A stretch of DNA of 64,000 nucleotides, from NCBI GenBank assembly GCA_011525685.1, contig WYBW01000049.1, positions 40,280 to 104,279 of the forward strand, in the 5' to 3' direction. Of the stretch, positions 59,430-64,000 are shown piece by piece; within the stretch, counting starts at the first letter, position 1; each line of letters opens with the position of its first letter. The translations under genes and the position numbers were made by a program. The notes under the pieces are model-generated. The model had not been told where the DNA came from. It saw only the letters and a list, made by a program, of their open reading frames with translations, and did not search any database. The stretch is from Verrucomicrobiia bacterium. Its GTDB lineage: Bacteria > Verrucomicrobiota > Verrucomicrobiia > Limisphaerales > JADLHS01.

Positions 59430-61169
59430 TCAATGGGCTGCCGTAAGGAGCAGCGTCTGTTCGAGCGTCGAGATGCCGTCGCGAGCGCGATCCAGGGCGA
59501 CCATCCGAAGCGTCCGCATGCCCTGCCCGATGGCGACCTTGGCCATCTCGCGGGTGTTGGCGCGGGCGATGATGAGTTTGCGGATTTCGTCGCTGATGGT
59601 CATGGCTTCAATGATGGCCAACCGTCCGGCGTAGCCGGAGTTCTTGCAACGTTCGCAACCGCGTCCCCGGTAGAGGGTGACGCCGTCAAACATGCTCGGA
59701 TCAATGTTAAGGTCCTGGTACATTTTGACCGGATAAGTAACCGGTTCCTTGCAATGCGAACAGATGCGCCGCATGAGGCGTTGCGCGCAGGACAGGATCA
59801 CCGAAGAGGAAATGAGGAACGGCGCGATGCCCATGTCGTCGAGGCGCGCGATGGCGCCCGGCGCGTCGTTACAGTGCATGGTGCTCAACACTTGGTGGCC
59901 GGTGAGCGCGGCTTCGATGGCAATTTCGGCGGTTTCAGTGTCGCGAATTTCCCCGATCATGATGATGTCGGGGTCCTGGCGCAGGATCGAGCGGAGGGCG
60001 TTGGCGAAGGAAAGGCCGATTTCCTTTTTGACGGGGACCTGATTGATGCCGGGGATCTGGAATTCGACCGGGTCCTCGACCGTGATGATGTTGTAGATGG
60101 GATTGTTGAGTTCGTTGAGCGCGGAGTAAAGCGTGGTGGTCTTGCCGGAACCCGTGGGGCCGGTCACCAGGATCAAACCGTGCGGTGCGTCAATGGCCCC
60201 CTTGACCTGGCGGAAGGTGTCCGGATCAAGCCCCAGCTTGTCAATGCTGGCCGAGAGATTGGTCTTGTCGAGGACGCGGAGCACGATCTTCTCGCCATGC
60301 ACGGTGGGCATGATGGACACGCGGAGGTCGTAGTCCTTGCCCGCCACGCGCACGCGCATGCGGCCGTCCTGGGGCAGCCGGCGCTCCGCGATGTCCAGGC
60401 TGCTCATGATCTTGAACCGTGAAGCGAGCGCCAGTTGCATCTGCTTGGGCGGCGGGGTGGCATCCACGAGCACGCCGTCAATGCGGTACCGCAGGCGCAG
60501 GGTCTTGTCGAACGGCTCGATATGCACGTCGCTGGCGCGGTCCTTGATGGCCTGAACCAGAATGATGTTGGCCAGTTTGATCACCGGAGCTTCTTCGCTC
60601 GACGCGGCGAGCTGGTCGAGATTGACCTCCTCGATCGCCTCCCGGACCGTCTGCACGTCTTCATCGCCTTCATCAGCTTCGCCCTTCTTCTGGGCGTCCA
60701 TGATGATGTCTTCCATGCTGCCGCCCTTGGCGGCGTCCAGGTGGTTGAGCTTGTCGAGGATCGCCTTTTCCGAGGCGATCATTGGCGAAACATCGAGCCG
60801 GGTGATGCGCTTGACGTCATCAATGGCCAGCACGTTCAGCGGGTCGGCCATCGCCAGGTAGAGCTTGTTCTCCAGGCGCGATACGGGAACGACCTTGTGA
60901 TTGTTGGCGATCTCGCGGGGCAGGAGGTCGGCCACCTCCGGCGAGATGCTGATGCGGCCAAGGTTGATGGGGGAGACGTTGAGCACGCGGCCCATCGAGA
61001 CGGTCATGTCCTGATCGCTGACGTAGGCCTTTTCCAGGACCAGCTTGATGAAGCGGGTGCCCTCCTTCTTCTGCTGCTCCATCAACTCCTCGACCTGCCG
61101 CGTGGTCAGCAGGCCGTCTTCGATCAGGGCATCCGCGATGCGCTCGCCAAATGATTTTACGGGGGGCAT
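59430..61169 (-). CDS. Type II/IV secretion-system ATPase (GspE/PilB family) with an N-terminal T2SSE_N/MshEN-like domain
   Basis: Walker A GPTGSGKTTTL, Walker B DPDIIMIGEIRD, the His box, and the tetracysteine CSHC...CERC. The start is taken at MPPVKSF (61169), immediately after the upstream gene stop. Confidence 0.9.
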   Translation of the reverse strand: MPPVKSFGERIADALIEDGLLTTRQVEELMEQQKKEGTRFIKLVLEKAYVSDQDMTVSMGRVLNVSPINLGRISISPEVADLLPREIANNHKVVPVSRLENKLYLAMADPLNVLAIDDVKRITRLDVSPMIASEKAILDKLNHLDAAKGGSMEDIIMDAQKKGEADEGDEDVQTVREAIEEVNLDQLAASSEEAPVIKLANIILVQAIKDRASDVHIEPFDKTLRLRYRIDGVLVDATPPPKQMQLALASRFKIMSSLDIAERRLPQDGRMRVRVAGKDYDLRVSIMPTVHGEKIVLRVLDKTNLSASIDKLGLDPDTFRQVKGAIDAPHGLILVTGPTGSGKTTTLYSALNELNNPIYNIITVEDPVEFQIPGINQVPVKKEIGLSFANALRSILRQDPDIIMIGEIRDTETAEIAIEAALTGHQVLSTMHCNDAPGAIARLDDMGIAPFLISSSVILSCAQRLMRRICSHCKEPVTYPVKMYQDLNIDPSMFDGVTLYRGRGCERCKNSGYAGRLAIIEAMTISDEIRKLIIARANTREMAKVAIGQGMRTLRMVALDRARDGISTLEQTLLLTAAH

Positions 61170-61171
61170 GG

Positions 61172-62020
61172 TTATCGAAACACTTTGCGGAGGTTCTTGA
61201 GCAGGTCCTCGGGCGGTACCAGATACCAGAGCAGGCGGTTGGTCGTGGCTTCGGAAAGTTCCTTGGCGGCCTGCTGGTTGAACGGGTTGGCCGTGGCCAC
61301 CATGATGGACTTGCTCATGCGGTCGAACGGCAGCACACACCAGCGCTGGCAGGTCGCCGCCGGAAACGTGCGCGCGAGATCAAGGTCCAGATCGTACTTG
61401 TCCAGCGGGATATAGGCCACGCGGGTCTTGTCGGCCAGCAGCTTGAGGGACGTCTCAGCTTGCAGGATGCCTTTGTCGGCCAGCACCTGGATGAACGGCT
61501 CGGCAATCCCGTGCGGGGGGACGGACAAATCGGGCGTGCTCCAGCAGAGATCAAAGTCGCCGGCGGTAATGACCTTGCCCTCGACGAAGATCTTGTGCAT
61601 CTGCGCCCGGCCGTCGTTGATCTCGGTCGGCACGGGCTTCCCAAAAATCTTTCGCGCGGGTTTGATGTCGGAAGCCTTGAGGATGCTGGTTTGCTCATCC
61701 AACAAAGGCTGGGCGGAGAGGTTGTTGGCCCGGCTCTCGATGTCCTTGAGCGCGGCCTGAACGTCCGGGTCCTCGGGATGGCGCTGAAGGATGGTTTCGT
61801 ACTCGAGAATGGCCGAGGAAAACTGGCCCATCTGCACGTAGGCTTCGGCGATTCGCTTGGAGGTGCCGATGACGTCGGTTTCGCGCCCGAGTTTGCTGTA
61901 AGCCTCCTTGAGAATCTCCAGCGACTGATAGTCGTGCGGCTGCGATTGAGTGATGACTTCAAACATCTCAATCGTTTGCGCCAACTGGGCTTCTTCGCTC
62001 TGTGTCAGTGTGCTTGCCAT
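61172..62020 (-). CDS. TPR-like N-terminal domain fused to a stand-alone T2SSE_N (GspE N-terminal) domain
   Basis: The N-terminal half has TPR-like helices (YQSLEILKEAYSKLGR, AEAYVQMGQFSSAILEYETILQRHPEDP). The C-terminal half has the T2SSE_N pattern (RVAYIPLDKYDLDLDLARTFP...WCVLPFDRMSKSIMVATANPFN...LWYLVPPEDLLKNLRKVF). Confidence 0.7.
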   Translation of the reverse strand: MASTLTQSEEAQLAQTIEMFEVITQSQPHDYQSLEILKEAYSKLGRETDVIGTSKRIAEAYVQMGQFSSAILEYETILQRHPEDPDVQAALKDIESRANNLSAQPLLDEQTSILKASDIKPARKIFGKPVPTEINDGRAQMHKIFVEGKVITAGDFDLCWSTPDLSVPPHGIAEPFIQVLADKGILQAETSLKLLADKTRVAYIPLDKYDLDLDLARTFPAATCQRWCVLPFDRMSKSIMVATANPFNQQAAKELSEATTNRLLWYLVPPEDLLKNLRKVFR

Positions 62021-62340
62021 CTTCGTTTTCAGCCTCCGGCCGGTGCGCGAATGGGCCGAACCACCCTGCCGGGACGACTTTACCCCAGCAATCTGCCGGC
62101 CAGTTTAGCGGCGGAATTTCCATGAATCAATCCCGCTTTCCGGCCGGACACCATCACAGGACGGAGACACGATTGTCCCATTCTTGCGCTGCCGTGGTGC
62201 TTCATGCCCGTGCGTGGTCCGCCGTTGCACCTGCCATGCCGACATCTCTTTCACAACAGATCCTCCCGAATAAATGCTTGGAATTCCGAATGGGCGCGCG
62301 CAAACTTGCGTCCGATGTGGGGAAATGCGTGAGGGCAATC

Positions 62341-63687
62341 ATGAGTGAAATGAAAACGAACCAGGGAACCACAACGAGGCGGTCGGCTTTTTCCCGCCGA
62401 TCTTTTCTCCAACGGGGTGGCGCGTTGGTCGCAGGCGCAGCGCTGCCGCAGATTCTTCCCAGCGGGGTTCTGGCGGCGGCAGGCCGGCCCGGGGCCAACG
62501 ACCGCATCGGCCTGGGCTTCATCGGCATTGGCCGCCAGGCGGAAGGATTGTTACAGCAGGTCGTGCGACTGGTGCAGGCTCGTTACGTGGCCGTGGCCGA
62601 CGTCAACCTGAACCGCGCCCGCGCCTCCGCCAAGAAGCACGACGCGGTGCCCTTCCAGGACTACCGCCGTCTGCTGGAACGCAAGGATGTGGACGCCGTC
62701 ATCACCGCCACGCCAGAACACTGGCGGTTGCTGATTTGTGTCGAGGCATGTCAGGCCGGCAAGGATGTGTATGCGGAGAAGCCGTTGTCGCTGACGATTC
62801 GCGAGGGGCGTTTGATTGTTCAGGCGGCGCGGAAGTACAACCGCGTGTTTCAAGTCGGCAGCCAGCAACGCTCGACCTGGCAGAATCACGCCGGATGCCA
62901 TCTGCTCCGCTCCGGTGCCATTGGCAAAATCACCAAGGTCATCGCTCACAACTATCCAAGCCCGTGGGAAGGCCAGTTGCCCGCCCAACCTGTGCCGGAC
63001 GGATTGGACTGGGACATGTGGTGCGGGCCGGCGCCATTGGTGCCCTACAACCAGGACCTTTACCTGCCCCGCGCCAATCCGGGCTGGCTTTCGTTCCGGC
63101 CCTACGCGGGCGGCGAAATGACGGGTTGGGGGGCGCACGGCTACGATCAGGTGCAATGGGCGTTGGGCATGGACGAGAGCGGGCCGGTGGAGATTTGGAC
63201 GGAAGGCCCAAGGTTTGACCCGCCCACCTACACGAAGTCCGAGAGCAAGGAACGCGGCGACAAAATTTGCAGCGAGCCGAAGGTTTACTTTCGCTATGCC
63301 AACGGTGTGGTCATGGAGCCCGGCGGCGCCAGCATGGGTGGCGCGATTTTCCACGGCGAAAACGGCAAGGTCACCATCCATCGCGGCGTGTGCGAATCCG
63401 ACCCGGAAGAGATCGCGATTGACGCTTTGCGCAAGCGGCCGCCGGATTTCAACGACAACCACATGAAGAACTGGCTCGATTGCATCAAGACCCGCGCCAA
63501 GCCGGTGGCCGACGTGGAAATCGGGCATCGCTCGGCGACCGTCTGCCATCTGGGCAACATCGCCCGTTGGACGGGTCGCAAACTGCGCTGGGATCCGATC
63601 AAGGAAGAGTTCGTCGGCGACCAGGAAGCCAACCAGTTTCTCGACCGCGAGCGGCGCAAACCTTGGGTGGCCCCCGAAAAAATCTAG
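62341..63687 (+). CDS. Tat-exported Gfo/Idh/MocA-family oxidoreductase
   Basis: Twin-arginine signal TRRSAFSRRSFLQRGG, Rossmann motif GLGFIGIGRQA and the EKP motif (VYAEKPL). Confidence 0.85.
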   Translation: MSEMKTNQGTTTRRSAFSRRSFLQRGGALVAGAALPQILPSGVLAAAGRPGANDRIGLGFIGIGRQAEGLLQQVVRLVQARYVAVADVNLNRARASAKKHDAVPFQDYRRLLERKDVDAVITATPEHWRLLICVEACQAGKDVYAEKPLSLTIREGRLIVQAARKYNRVFQVGSQQRSTWQNHAGCHLLRSGAIGKITKVIAHNYPSPWEGQLPAQPVPDGLDWDMWCGPAPLVPYNQDLYLPRANPGWLSFRPYAGGEMTGWGAHGYDQVQWALGMDESGPVEIWTEGPRFDPPTYTKSESKERGDKICSEPKVYFRYANGVVMEPGGASMGGAIFHGENGKVTIHRGVCESDPEEIAIDALRKRPPDFNDNHMKNWLDCIKTRAKPVADVEIGHRSATVCHLGNIARWTGRKLRWDPIKEEFVGDQEANQFLDRERRKPWVAPEKI

Positions 63688-64000
63688 GCGCCGGCGGTTC
63701 AAACGAGCGAGCAATCCCCATGAGTCACCCGAATCTCCTTGGGTTTCTGGCCTGCGACAATCCGCGGCCACGGGCGATTTGCCAGCCACTACTCTGGAAA
63801 GCTTACACAAGCGAGGTCCCCGAAGCCTTCAGGCTGCCCGTAGTGACTCGGTTGGTCGGGACCGAATGTTTGTTGGCCGGGCGACTGGTGGCCTGTGTTC
63901 TTTGAAGACTTTGAGAGGTTTCCCGGCGGCGAATGCCAGCCGGGTGGGTCAAACACATCAAACCAAGGGAAGCAACTATGTTACTGGAAGACGCGCTGGA

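Noticed and set aside
63720-63905. A short ORF (MSHPNLLGFLACDNPRPRAICQ...) and the ATG at 63978 at the window edge.
   Set aside because: The first has no motif support. The second is truncated after 7 codons, so no call is possible.

Overview
A GC-rich bacterial chromosomal segment with about 55 protein genes. I found no rRNA, tRNA or CRISPR array. The gene content and the many short palindromic repeat families remind me of Verrucomicrobia/PVC-type genomes; that is recollection, not a search result.

Gene order:
- 0.1-7.2 kb: a thioredoxin-fold gene, then a tripartite RND efflux operon (adaptor, pump, outer-membrane factor).
- 7.5-13.8 kb: a stress-like island with an unknown protein A, DedA, a STAS-like protein, Hsp20, an unknown protein B, a stand-alone receiver, a small TRASH zinc-ribbon protein and a patatin lipoprotein.
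- 13.8-19.7 kb: glgP, glgX and a putative outer-membrane barrel.
- 20-31 kb: ffh, an ABC-F ATPase, a large DEAH-type helicase, a B12-binding radical SAM enzyme, an L7Ae-like protein and a DEAD-box helicase.
- 31-43 kb: a ferritin-like/ATP-grasp fusion, a CxxC/rhodanese protein, a sulfatase, an RHS fragment, psd-pssA, LysE, a DUF457-like hydrolase, a nitrilase-family hydrolase and a Zn-peptidase plus ATP-grasp pair.
- 43-64 kb: two SPFH paralogs, glnD, an ECF sigma/anti-sigma/DUF3106-like trio, lgt, miaA, hflX, an RRM protein, radC, lpxA, moeA, a PilB/GspE-like ATPase with a TPR/T2SSE_N partner, and a Tat-signal oxidoreductase.

Most interesting observations:
1. A sigma-54-type promoter, its leader and the 5' end of the thioredoxin gene occur twice (1-245 and 7555-7800). 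The second copy is frameshifted and fused to an unrelated ORF.
2. That ORF (A) has a paralog (B) inside a tightly overlapping operon, hsp20-B-receiver-TRASH-patatin. This is my best candidate for an undescribed stress or envelope module.
3. At least seven families of palindromic repeat elements are present. Four copies sit in frame inside essential-looking genes: the RND pump (twice), glgX and the helicase.
4. Several enzyme fusions or gene pairs have no known function: the diiron/ATP-grasp fusion, the peptidase/ATP-grasp pair, and the radical SAM enzyme with a STAS-like tail.

All calls come from reading the ORF translations and the DNA by eye. No database search or computation was run.
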